Source of the DNA: Candidatus Magasanikbacteria bacterium CG10_big_fil_rev_8_21_14_0_10_36_32
GTDB taxonomy: Bacteria > Patescibacteriota > Patescibacteriia > Magasanikbacterales > GWA2-37-8
Reading direction: 5' to 3'
Assembly (NCBI GenBank): GCA_002778465.1
Contig: PFBV01000002.1
Span: 2,312-66,311, forward strand
Length of the DNA stretch: 64,000 nt
Part shown: piece after piece, positions 1-9,687 of the stretch
Layout: every line of letters starts with the position of its first letter
Numbering within the stretch: the first letter of the stretch is position 1
Notes under the pieces: model-generated
What the model was told of the DNA's origin: nothing
Seen by the model: the letters and a program-made list of their open reading frames with translations, nothing else
Databases searched by the model: none
Program-made: the position numbers and the translations under genes

Positions 1-2353
1 TGTTGGTCATCCAAAAGGATATATTGCCACCGATGTTGTCGCACGAATGAAACAGATGCAAGGGTTTAATGTTTTACATCCAATGGGTTGGGATGCCTTT
101 GGTTTGCCAGCGGAAAATTATGCTATTCAAAATAAAATTCACCCAGCTGAAGCAGTCAAAAAAAATGTTGCTACTTTCAAAAAACAATTGGAGTTGCTTG
201 GTTTTACTTATGATTGGGATAAAGAAATCAATACCACTGATCCGGCTTATTATAAATGGACGCAATGGATATTTTTACAGATGTTTAAAAAAGGATTGGC
301 TTATGAATCGTTCGCTCCGATAAATTGGTGCCCCTCTTGTCAGACAGGTTTGGCCAATGAAGATTTGGAAGAGGGGAAATGTGAACGTTGTGGTTCTTTG
401 GTTGAACAAAAACCGATACGTCAGTGGGTTTTAAAAATTACCGATTATGCCGAACGTTTATTAAATGATTTAGATAAATTAAAAAATTGGCCGGAAGCGA
501 TTAAAGAAATGCAGAAAAATTGGATTGGTCGGAGTGAGGGAGCGGATGTTGATTTTAAGATTAAAAACTTTGATTTAAAAATAAAGGTTTTTACCACACG
601 ACCAGATACTTTGTTTGGAGCTACTTACTGTGTAATCGCCCCGGAGCATGAATTAATGTCAAAACTCCAGCCCGAAATTGGCAATTGGCAGGAGGTCTCT
701 ATATATATAGAAGGCGCAAAGCATAAAACCGCCTTGGAACGGACAGATTTGGCTAAGAATAAGACAGGAATTGAGCTAAAAGGCATAAAAGCCATAAATC
801 CGGTTAATAATGAAGAATTAACAGTTTTTGTGGCTGATTACATTTTGGCTGGTTATGGCACAGGCGCGATTATGGCTGTTCCGGCGCATGATAGTCGCGA
901 CTACGAATTCGCGGTAAAATATGGTATTCCGATTAAAGAAGTAGTCGTTCCTGTTGGTGAAAATCAAAAATTAAATATCAAAAATCAAAATGACAATTCA
1001 AAATTAAAAAATGAAAATAACGAACTGAAGTCTAAAGTCCAAAGTTCAAAGCCCCAAATAATATTTGAGAAAGACGGAATCGCGGTTAACTCCGGTTTTT
1101 TGGACGGTTTACCAACTAAGGAAGCTAAAGAAAAAATGATTAAATGGTTGGAAGATAATAAATTCGGCGAGCGAAAAGTAAATTATAAATTGCGCGATTG
1201 GGTTTTTTCTCGACAGCGTTTTTGGGGTGAACCGATACCTTTAATTAAATGCGAAAAATGCGGTTGGGTTCCGGTTTCTGAAAATGATTTGCCGGTGGAA
1301 TTGCCAAAAGTTAAAAGTTATACCGCAACAGGCACGGGCGAGTCACCGTTGTCCGCTATTGAAAAATGGGTTAATACAAAATGTCCAAAATGTAGTGGTC
1401 CGGCTAAAAGAGAAACCAACACCATGCCTCAGTGGGGTGGTTCTTGCTGGTATTATCTTCGTTATATTGATTCACAAAATGATAAAGCGTTAGTTGATAA
1501 AGATAAGGAAAAATATTGGTCACCGGTTGATTTTTATGTCGGTGGCGCTGAACATGCTACTCGCCATTTAATTTATGCCCGTTTTTGGCACAAATTTTTA
1601 TTTGATATTGACGCGGTTAATTATGATGAACCATTTAATCGTCTGCAAAATGTCGGTTTGATTTTGGCGGAGGACGGCAGAAAAATGAGTAAACGTTGGG
1701 GTAATGTTATCAATCCTGATGATGTGGTTAAACAATATGGCGCTGACGCTATGCGTGTTTATGAAATGTTTATGGGACCATTTAATCAACCTTGCGCTTG
1801 GAATGCCAACGGTTTAATCGGCGCAAAAAGATTTTTAGACAAAGTTTGGTTTTTACAGGATAAAGTTGATAAAAAATTAGTGGTTAGTGGGAAAATAGAC
1901 AGCTTGGTTCATCAGACAATAAAAAAAGTGACTGATGATATTGAAACAATGCGATTTAATACTGCCATTGCTAAAATGATGGAATTAGTTAATGAAATGA
2001 ACAAAGAAACAGTAATTTCAGTTTCTAATTTTAAGTTTTTAATTTCTATTCTTTCTCCATTCGCTCCTCATATTTGTGAGGAATTATGGGCGGAACTTGG
2101 TGGAAAAGAGTTGTTGATTTTGTCTTTGTGGCCGAAATACGATGAAAAATCAGTTATGGCTGAAACTACTGTTATTGTTATTCAGGTAAACGGACGAGTG
2201 CGTGACAATATTGAATTTCAAACAGCTGATATCAGTGAGGAAGTGGCTAAAGAAGCGGCTTTATCCAGTGAATCAGTTAAAAAATATATTAATGGAACAG
2301 AAATAAAGAAAATTATTTATGTTAAAAACAAACTTCTCAATATCGTAATTTAA
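1..2353 (+). CDS. leuS: leucyl-tRNA synthetase, 5'-truncated by the window edge
   Basis: The translation from nt 1 reads in frame into the listed ORF (VGHPKGYIATDVVARMKQMQGFNVLHPMGWDAFGLP...). Class I aaRS editing and catalytic regions are recognisable, and the anticodon-binding C-terminus is present. Confidence 0.9.
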   Translation, partial: VGHPKGYIATDVVARMKQMQGFNVLHPMGWDAFGLPAENYAIQNKIHPAEAVKKNVATFKKQLELLGFTYDWDKEINTTDPAYYKWTQWIFLQMFKKGLAYESFAPINWCPSCQTGLANEDLEEGKCERCGSLVEQKPIRQWVLKITDYAERLLNDLDKLKNWPEAIKEMQKNWIGRSEGADVDFKIKNFDLKIKVFTTRPDTLFGATYCVIAPEHELMSKLQPEIGNWQEVSIYIEGAKHKTALERTDLAKNKTGIELKGIKAINPVNNEELTVFVADYILAGYGTGAIMAVPAHDSRDYEFAVKYGIPIKEVVVPVGENQKLNIKNQNDNSKLKNENNELKSKVQSSKPQIIFEKDGIAVNSGFLDGLPTKEAKEKMIKWLEDNKFGERKVNYKLRDWVFSRQRFWGEPIPLIKCEKCGWVPVSENDLPVELPKVKSYTATGTGESPLSAIEKWVNTKCPKCSGPAKRETNTMPQWGGSCWYYLRYIDSQNDKALVDKDKEKYWSPVDFYVGGAEHATRHLIYARFWHKFLFDIDAVNYDEPFNRLQNVGLILAEDGRKMSKRWGNVINPDDVVKQYGADAMRVYEMFMGPFNQPCAWNANGLIGAKRFLDKVWFLQDKVDKKLVVSGKIDSLVHQTIKKVTDDIETMRFNTAIAKMMELVNEMNKETVISVSNFKFLISILSPFAPHICEELWAELGGKELLILSLWPKYDEKSVMAETTVIVIQVNGRVRDNIEFQTADISEEVAKEAALSSESVKKYINGTEIKKIIYVKNKLLNIVI

Positions 2354-2369
2354 TGATACACTATAATAT

Positions 2370-2759
2370 ATGTTTGGAAAAAATAAGAAAATTAAAAACG
2401 TGTTAATTGTAGAGGATGATGCTTTGTTATCGCAAGTTTTAGGTAAAGCTTTTTCTGCCGCTGGTTTTGATGTAACCGGATTAACAGAGGGAATAAATGT
2501 GGTTTCTACGACAAAAAAAATAAAACCGGCAGCGATTTTGTTGGATTTAGTTTTGCCTGGTTTGGACGGGTTTACTGTTTTAAAAAATTTAAAATCCGAT
2601 AAGGCAACCGCTTCAATTCCAGTGATTGTTATTTCCAATTTGGGAGAGGCGGCTGATATAAAGTCGGTTATGGCGTTGGGAGCTGTTGAATATTTTATCA
2701 AGGCCAATACTCAAATGGAAAAAATAATAAAATTCACGCAAAAAATAATTAAAGATTGA
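2370..2759 (+). CDS. single-domain response regulator, receiver (REC) only
   Basis: 129 aa with a CheY-like fold pattern: acidic pocket (VEDDA), phospho-acceptor LLDLVLPGLDG, and a conserved T...K. No output domain. Confidence 0.7.
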   Translation: MFGKNKKIKNVLIVEDDALLSQVLGKAFSAAGFDVTGLTEGINVVSTTKKIKPAAILLDLVLPGLDGFTVLKNLKSDKATASIPVIVISNLGEAADIKSVMALGAVEYFIKANTQMEKIIKFTQKIIKD

Positions 2760-2764
2760 TTTCT

Positions 2765-3157
2765 ATGGCGGGTAAAAAATTAAAAGAAGTTTTGTTGGTG
2801 GTGGAAGATGATGAAATTTTGTTGAGAGCGTTATATTTGATGTTTAACAGTGGGAAATATACCATCGCCACAGCCACTGATGGAGAAACAGCTTTGAAAA
2901 TGGCTGAACGGATAAAACCCGATATGGTTTTATTGGATTTATTGATGCCAAAAATGAATGGCTTTGAATTTCTGAAAGTGTTTAAAGCGCATGATGAATT
3001 AAAAAAAATACCAGTGATTGTTTTGTCTAATTTAGGTGACAGTGACAGTAAGGAAAAAGCAAAAGCATTGGGCGCGATTGATTATTTCGTAAAAGCAAAT
3101 ATTAATTTAACTTCATTGGCAGATAAAATTAAACAAATTTTAAGCCAAAAAACATGA
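2765..3157 (+). CDS. single-domain response regulator, receiver (REC) only
   Basis: VVEDDEIL...MVLLDLLMPKMNGFEF...KANI pattern. The ATG at 2765 is preferred over the listed TTG at 2756. Tandem with the previous REC gene. Confidence 0.7.
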   Translation: MAGKKLKEVLLVVEDDEILLRALYLMFNSGKYTIATATDGETALKMAERIKPDMVLLDLLMPKMNGFEFLKVFKAHDELKKIPVIVLSNLGDSDSKEKAKALGAIDYFVKANINLTSLADKIKQILSQKT

Positions 3158-3975
3158 AAATTAAATGGCTCAATTTAGTTCTATGGTTAACGAATAAAGT
3201 TTATACTTTAAAAAAGAACTTGGTTGAGAGGACGGGACTTATTATTATTGTAACAGTGATAAAACTGTTAATTTTGGAAGTTGTATTGGCAATTATTTCA
3301 TTGCCACTTTATTTGGGTCTTAAAACTAAAACAACTGCCGTTTATTTGGCAGAAAAAAGCGGTTTTGGGCAGGTGGCTTTTGATTATCGTTTGCGTCGGC
3401 TGTTAACTTTAACTGGAGTTGGTGTTATTTTTTTAATTTGGACAGTAAAATTAATTTTGATTATTTCCGTACCCCGCGTTTATGGCCAGTTGCAATTATA
3501 CAAAGTCGTGAATTTTCAATCCGGCACGGGCTTGTCGCAACAGTTGATTAAAACTGAAACAGATATCCAAACCGCCAAAATTTCCAATAAAATTATTGTG
3601 CCAGTGATTGAAAATGTCACAAAAACAGGGATGGACAGTTATGCAGTATCCGGCTCAGGACAATCATTTTCCACGGTGGCAGTTATGCTAACCGGACAAC
3701 AAACAATAATTTATACCATTCAAGCTGATAATAATGGTTATTGGACAATGATTCACAATCAAAAGAATTTTAGGCTGAATGATGGAAATCATTCATTATT
3801 AGCGTTTACTTATGATAAAAAAACTGGGCAGCGCAGCGATATTTCTCCGGAACAGTTCTTTAAAGTTAAGACATCATTGATAGATCGTTTAGTGAAAAAC
3901 ATAGATACCCTGACTAATTGGTCGGTGGTTATTGTAATTTTATTGGGATTATTTTTAACCATCCTAACAATATGA
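3154..3975 (+). CDS. hypothetical membrane protein
   Basis: 273 aa with two N-terminal transmembrane helices and one C-terminal helix. ATGA-type start/stop overlap with both neighbours, suggesting translational coupling. Confidence 0.5.
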   Translation: MKIKWLNLVLWLTNKVYTLKKNLVERTGLIIIVTVIKLLILEVVLAIISLPLYLGLKTKTTAVYLAEKSGFGQVAFDYRLRRLLTLTGVGVIFLIWTVKLILIISVPRVYGQLQLYKVVNFQSGTGLSQQLIKTETDIQTAKISNKIIVPVIENVTKTGMDSYAVSGSGQSFSTVAVMLTGQQTIIYTIQADNNGYWTMIHNQKNFRLNDGNHSLLAFTYDKKTGQRSDISPEQFFKVKTSLIDRLVKNIDTLTNWSVVIVILLGLFLTILTI

Positions 3976-6900
3976 TGATTAGTTGGTTAAAAATATTTTT
4001 TAAACTTTCCGGGCGGATTTTTGAATTGAAACAAAAATTATCCCAAACTGACAGTTGGATAAAATCTTTGCCTTACGCTTTCCTTTTGATTTTAGACGAA
4101 ATAGTTTTTGTTTTTATTTCTTTGCCGTTGTATTTTGCCGTGCCGCCCAAAAAAGTTCAAGAAAAAGGAATTTTATTTCCTTCAGCCGAACCGGAAACCG
4201 AAAGAATGAAAATGTTTTTTATCAGAAGAAAAATAAGTTTAATTGCTTTTATCACCGCATTGGGAATGTTAGTTTTAAAATTTTTGGTAATCGGCGGTAT
4301 TTCTTTTTATTTGATGGGCGGGCAATTGCTTTTGGCTGCCACTCAAGATTGGCTATTTACCGTCCCTGGCGATTATGCTTATGACAGTTCAAAAATTGAA
4401 TTTGTTGGAGGGATTGCCAGATTGAAAAATTTGGGAACAACGGTTACAGGCAGTACCACTAATGCTAATTTTAATACCAATGCTACTGGCTGGACTTATG
4501 CTGATTGGGATCAAGGCGGTGGTGAGGCGAATGTAGTTGGAACTTATGTGGCATCAGGGGGAAATCCAGGCGGATTTGTTCAAATTAATTTTCCAGTTGG
4601 TAAAAGCGATGAGTTTGGCGGATATTGGCGTCAAGGTTTTGCAATCACGGAAAATAATCCAACCGCAACCCTCAGTTTTGATTGGTCAATAACCGCTTTT
4701 GACAATACTCCCGCCCCAGTCACATTTAAACTTTATGCTTTCATAGATACAGGAACAGGTGTTCCGGTTATTGGTCAAGAAGTTTGGAAATCAGAAGAAA
4801 TTACCGCAACAAGCGCTTGGGTTTCTATGACAAATTTAAATATTTCTTCAAAAGTTACGGCCGCTGGCACTTATTATTTAAAAATTGCGGTATGGTTGGA
4901 AACCCCAAATAACAACACAGGTCCTTTTACGCTTGGTTACGATAATGTCATAGTCAATTGGTCAAAAACTACGATTGTTTATGATTCTAATCGTCCGACA
5001 ATTATACCAAACAATTCTTTAACACCGGTCAATCCGGCGATTTGGAGTTCTTTTACAGAAACAGCTACAAAAAACGGAGGAGAAATTTATTATCAGTTAT
5101 CGGCTGATAATGGTTCTACTTGGAACTATTGGAATGGTTCGTCTTGGATATCCGCCGGCGCGTCTAATTATAATACCGCCATTGTTGTTAATAATAATAT
5201 TGCCGGTTTTTCTACCAGCACCAACAAAATAAAATGGAAAGCTTTTTTGGAAAGCAATGGCAGTCAACAAGTTAGTTTAAGCAAGGTTTCCATCGGCTAT
5301 ACGGAAAATTCCGCTCCCAGTATTTCTGAAGTAGTTCCTGTTCAGCAGACAGATAAAGGCCAAGTTTATATTTCTTATAATTTAACTGATGTTGAAAGCG
5401 ACCCCTCCAGTTTAATTACTTATGAATATTCTTTGACGGGCGCTTTTTCCGGGGAACAGGTGACAATGATAGCGTCCACTACTAATCCAATGCACAATGG
5501 TGTGTCCGGTTTGTCGGCTTCTCCGTCTGGCATCTCGCATATTTTTGTTTGGGACGGAATTATTAATTTGCCCAATGTTTACAACACTAGTACTTATGTT
5601 CGTTTGCGCGCCAATGACGGTATCGCAAGTGGTGTTTATGTCACTTCTTCAGCTATTACGATTGATTATGTAGCACCGGTTATTAGTAATTTATCTGTTA
5701 CGCAAAATTCCGGCAGTGCTAATTTTGATATTTCTTATGATTTATTTGATAACACTTCTGATAATATAAATATTGTTTTAGAAATCTCTGATGATGGCGG
5801 TTTGACTTGGGTTGTGCCGACTGTGTCATCAGTCGGAGATTTGGGTTCCAGTGTTACAGCCGGTATCGGAAAAGTAATTACTTGGAATGCCGGAGTTGAT
5901 TATCCGGCTCATCAAGTTTCCAATATGCAAGTTCGTCTTTTGGTTAAAGATAAATATCAAAATCAAAGCGTTTATTTTAATTCAGTCAATTTTGAATTAG
6001 ATACTTTGGCGCCGGTGGCTGCAATTACAGTTGATTTAATGGCTCAGCCAAATGCCGGCGATACCGCAGTTTTAATTTTTGGTTCTTTTATTGAAACAAA
6101 TCCTAATTATAACAATTTTTTTGTTGGAGTAAACAATGGAGATTATGGTTCGGCCACAGTCGGTGATAGTAATACAATTTCTCCTTCTGCCCAGTTGGTT
6201 GCTACCGGTGTAACCTTAACTGGCGCTGATTATATTGGTAAAGCAAAGATTGCTCACACTGATGATTTTGGTTTTTCAACTGATAATGAAAATTTTTCTC
6301 CCAATAGTTCATATAAATATGTAAAACCTTATACTCCACCGGCGCCGACAGTAGGTAATCCGGCAGAAGGGTCGTTAGATGTCACTATCAACAAATATTC
6401 TTCTGAAGCTGATGGATTAGAATATTTAGTTTTTGAGAATACCCAATCAAAATATATTCAAGGCGATGGTTTATTAAGTGATAGTCCTGTTTGGTTGTCA
6501 TCAGGAACAATAACTGTAATCGGCTTGTCTGATCCTTTGTCGCAATATATTTTTAAAACAAAATCTCGCAACAATAGCGATGCGGCACATACTCTAACCA
6601 GTGAGAGTGAATGGTCGTCCGGCGCGTCTACTGATTATCAATCACCATCCGTAACAATCAATTCCGTTGCACAGACTATTAATGGAACTAAATATGTGAC
6701 AGTTGATTATGTTGGTATTGATTTTCAGAATGCTCAGAATAATCTGGTAGTATATGAATATTCCACCGATGGTTTTGGTTGGATGACAATGACGGAAAAA
6801 GTTGGTGTAGATTCCAACGGTGTAAGCGGTTTAAGTTTTTCTTCCGGCGGAACGGCTTTCAAATTCGCGTGGGATGTTGGAAACGATTTGTTTTTAACCG

Positions 6901-9683
6901 AAGATTCCACTGTTTATGTTCGTCTTCAATCCAACGACTCTATTAACAGTAGTAATCTATCTGTTTCGTCCGCTTTTTTTGTGGATACGGCCGGACCAAT
7001 AATTTCCAATATTAATGTTAGTCAAGCAACTTCTTCCAATAATATTATTATTAATTATGATTTAACAGATACTGCCGGAGCTGATAATTTTATTGAATTA
7101 TTAATCTCTGATGATAGTGGCAGTTCTTATGTTGTAAGCGTGTCTGCGGTTACCGGCGACATTGGCGAAGGTGTCAGTTCCGGTATTGGAAAAGAAATTA
7201 TTTGGAACGCTGGGACGGATTTTAACGGACAAGAGCAGTCTGATATGCGGATAAAAATCCGTGCTAAAGATAGATATCAAAATCAGGGAGATTTTACAGA
7301 ATCATCTGATTTTCTTTTAGACACCAAAGGGCCAATTGTTAGTGATGTAAATGCGGTTCAATCAAGCAGTACCGTGTTAATAAATTATACTTTATCTGAA
7401 AATGTCGGTTTAGTTGTGTTTGAGGTGTCTGATGACAGTGGATTAACTTGGGTGGTATCCACCAGCAGTGTCAATGGTGATATTGGCGCCGATCAATTGT
7501 CCGGTTTAAAAAATTTCCAGTGGAATGCCAAAATTAATTTTAATGATCAAGAACAAAACGATGTGATGGTTCGTATTAGGGCAACTGATTATTTTAATAA
7601 TGTGGGCGATTATGTTTCGTCGGCTATTTTTTCTTTAGATACTAAACCTCCGGTTATAAGCAATATTACCGCTAATCAAACTCTGAATACAAAAGATTTT
7701 TCATTTAGTTATGAATTATCCGATGCTTCAGCCACAGCCACCATAGTATTGGATATTTCTTCCAATAGCGGTTTGGATTGGAATGTGGCGACTAGTACTC
7801 TCTCTGGAGATTCGGGAGATAATATTACCATGGGTGTTAAAAGTTTAATTTGGAATGCTGGTACGGATTTCAATGATCAGGAGAGTAATGTTATGCGTTT
7901 ACGTTTTCGTGCCACTGATGCTTGGGGTAATGAAAGTTTATTTTTTGAATCATCCGATTTTTCAGTGGATACAGCCGCTCCATCTGGTTTGTCGGAATTA
8001 ACCAAATATAGCATTACTGCAACTTCAGTGACATTAAATTGGTCATCCGGAGTAAATGATTCAAATTTTAATCATTATGAACTGTGGTATGGCGCGAATC
8101 AAAATGATGTTTTAAACAGAGCTGGTTCTGCGGACAAGTGGGATTCATTGGATGATGTTGATTTGAATAATATTACTACAATTTCTACAATTATTTCAGG
8201 AACAAGTTTTATTACTACTAAATATATAAAAATTTGGGCGGTTGATAATTATGGCAATGAATCATCGGCGCCGGATATTTCAGTAATTTATATTCCGCCG
8301 ACAGTGACCTATGATTTAATAGTGCAGGCGCCTACCGGTTCAGGCTCAATTAATCCGGCAATTGGCACTCATACATATAGTAAAGGAACCAATGTAGAAA
8401 TTACCGCTACTCCGGATAGTGGTTGGAATTTTGGTGGTTGGATTTTGGATGATTTATCAGGAGGCAATACAAATCCATTAACTTTAATAATGAATGCCGC
8501 GCATACAATTGGCGCTGTATTTAGTGAGGAAACCGTATCTGTTCCTGAAAAACAAGCGCCATCAGGCGGCGCGCCATTAGTTGTGATTGAGGCAACAGAT
8601 ACTACTCCGCCAACCGCGCCGATTTTAACGCCGGTTGCCGGACCACTGTCTTCAACCAGGGTAAAAATTTCCGGTTTAGCCGAACCTGGTTCAAAACTTT
8701 TTTTATACGATAAGGAAAGTCTGGTGGGACAATTAAGTTCTTTGGTTGGTAACAATGGAAGATTTGAACAAACTTTTGTTTTTAATGAAGGTGAACATAT
8801 TTTAACTTCCAAGGCGGTTGACACCAAAGGAAATCTTAGTCAGATTTCAGAATCAATTACATTTGTGATTGATTTAACTCCGCCGGATGCGCCGCAAATT
8901 TTATCTCCGAAAGAAAACAGTGTTTTATTGGCTAATGAATTAGTTTTGGTTGGTTTATCCGAACCGTTAACCGTTATGGAAATTAATTTAAGAGAAAATA
9001 TTTACAATACTGTCGCCAACGAAAGAGGAGTTTGGCAATTTAACATCTTTAATGTTACTGAAATTATACAAGGACGCCAGACAGTGACTGTACGAGCTAA
9101 AGATGCGGCTGGAAATATTAGCCGGCCTGTAACTTGGATAGGTACAGTAACAGTAGTCACGACCACTGGTGCTATTTATCCGATTCAAATTTTACCACCG
9201 GAAATAATTTCTCCGACTCCGTTGGCGCCGGCATCAATAATTCGTGAAGTTAACCAAGCAATTGAGACCACAGCTATAACGACTCCGTCAGTGGTCAGTG
9301 TTGAATTTTCCGGAGCCGATGACATTATTAGTTTTGCCGGCAAAGCTAAACCCGATGAAGAAGTGATAATTTATATTCATAGTAATCAGGCGGTAGTTTA
9401 TCGTACTGTGGCGGATAATCAAGGTAATTGGCATGTTCATCATTCACAAAATGAATTGGAATTATCCTCCGGTGAGCACACGGTATATGCGGTTGGCATT
9501 AACAGTGAAACAAATCTTAAAAGTCCGCCAAGTTTGATAGGGACATTTATTATTGAAAAAAATTGGTGGGTTAATATTTATAGGCATTTTAATTTTACCT
9601 CAACTTTAATTACCATTGCTGTTTTATTGATGGTTATGTCGTGGTTGTATTGGTTACGCCGTCGGGAAACAGTTAAAATTTAA
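3972..9683 (+). CDS. giant cell-surface protein with tandem ~100-aa Ig-like/FN3-like modules, an InlB-B-repeat-like segment and a C-terminal TM anchor
   Basis: N-terminal TM helices. At least six related modules of pattern 'P(V/I)ISN..V.Q....F.ISY.L.D......(I/V).L.ISDD.G..W.V...S..GD.G.....G.GK.I.WNAG.D....Q.......R..A.D.' are present. An FN3-like segment (TATSVTLNWSS...YELWYG) and Big-like segments follow, then the terminal hydrophobic helix TLITIAVLLMVMSWLYWLRRRE. The start is set to the ATG that overlaps the upstream stop (ATGA). Confidence 0.75.
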   Translation: MMISWLKIFFKLSGRIFELKQKLSQTDSWIKSLPYAFLLILDEIVFVFISLPLYFAVPPKKVQEKGILFPSAEPETERMKMFFIRRKISLIAFITALGMLVLKFLVIGGISFYLMGGQLLLAATQDWLFTVPGDYAYDSSKIEFVGGIARLKNLGTTVTGSTTNANFNTNATGWTYADWDQGGGEANVVGTYVASGGNPGGFVQINFPVGKSDEFGGYWRQGFAITENNPTATLSFDWSITAFDNTPAPVTFKLYAFIDTGTGVPVIGQEVWKSEEITATSAWVSMTNLNISSKVTAAGTYYLKIAVWLETPNNNTGPFTLGYDNVIVNWSKTTIVYDSNRPTIIPNNSLTPVNPAIWSSFTETATKNGGEIYYQLSADNGSTWNYWNGSSWISAGASNYNTAIVVNNNIAGFSTSTNKIKWKAFLESNGSQQVSLSKVSIGYTENSAPSISEVVPVQQTDKGQVYISYNLTDVESDPSSLITYEYSLTGAFSGEQVTMIASTTNPMHNGVSGLSASPSGISHIFVWDGIINLPNVYNTSTYVRLRANDGIASGVYVTSSAITIDYVAPVISNLSVTQNSGSANFDISYDLFDNTSDNINIVLEISDDGGLTWVVPTVSSVGDLGSSVTAGIGKVITWNAGVDYPAHQVSNMQVRLLVKDKYQNQSVYFNSVNFELDTLAPVAAITVDLMAQPNAGDTAVLIFGSFIETNPNYNNFFVGVNNGDYGSATVGDSNTISPSAQLVATGVTLTGADYIGKAKIAHTDDFGFSTDNENFSPNSSYKYVKPYTPPAPTVGNPAEGSLDVTINKYSSEADGLEYLVFENTQSKYIQGDGLLSDSPVWLSSGTITVIGLSDPLSQYIFKTKSRNNSDAAHTLTSESEWSSGASTDYQSPSVTINSVAQTINGTKYVTVDYVGIDFQNAQNNLVVYEYSTDGFGWMTMTEKVGVDSNGVSGLSFSSGGTAFKFAWDVGNDLFLTEDSTVYVRLQSNDSINSSNLSVSSAFFVDTAGPIISNINVSQATSSNNIIINYDLTDTAGADNFIELLISDDSGSSYVVSVSAVTGDIGEGVSSGIGKEIIWNAGTDFNGQEQSDMRIKIRAKDRYQNQGDFTESSDFLLDTKGPIVSDVNAVQSSSTVLINYTLSENVGLVVFEVSDDSGLTWVVSTSSVNGDIGADQLSGLKNFQWNAKINFNDQEQNDVMVRIRATDYFNNVGDYVSSAIFSLDTKPPVISNITANQTLNTKDFSFSYELSDASATATIVLDISSNSGLDWNVATSTLSGDSGDNITMGVKSLIWNAGTDFNDQESNVMRLRFRATDAWGNESLFFESSDFSVDTAAPSGLSELTKYSITATSVTLNWSSGVNDSNFNHYELWYGANQNDVLNRAGSADKWDSLDDVDLNNITTISTIISGTSFITTKYIKIWAVDNYGNESSAPDISVIYIPPTVTYDLIVQAPTGSGSINPAIGTHTYSKGTNVEITATPDSGWNFGGWILDDLSGGNTNPLTLIMNAAHTIGAVFSEETVSVPEKQAPSGGAPLVVIEATDTTPPTAPILTPVAGPLSSTRVKISGLAEPGSKLFLYDKESLVGQLSSLVGNNGRFEQTFVFNEGEHILTSKAVDTKGNLSQISESITFVIDLTPPDAPQILSPKENSVLLANELVLVGLSEPLTVMEINLRENIYNTVANERGVWQFNIFNVTEIIQGRQTVTVRAKDAAGNISRPVTWIGTVTVVTTTGAIYPIQILPPEIISPTPLAPASIIREVNQAIETTAITTPSVVSVEFSGADDIISFAGKAKPDEEVIIYIHSNQAVVYRTVADNQGNWHVHHSQNELELSSGEHTVYAVGINSETNLKSPPSLIGTFIIEKNWWVNIYRHFNFTSTLITIAVLLMVMSWLYWLRRRETVKI

Positions 9684-9687
9684 TGAT

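Noticed and set aside
8369-8827. Antisense ORFs inside the giant genes (also 4055-4384, 29492-29755, 32106-32435, 34058-34375, 35550-35840 and others)
   Set aside because: They lie entirely within long, well-supported ORFs on the other strand or in another frame. These are typical shadow ORFs.
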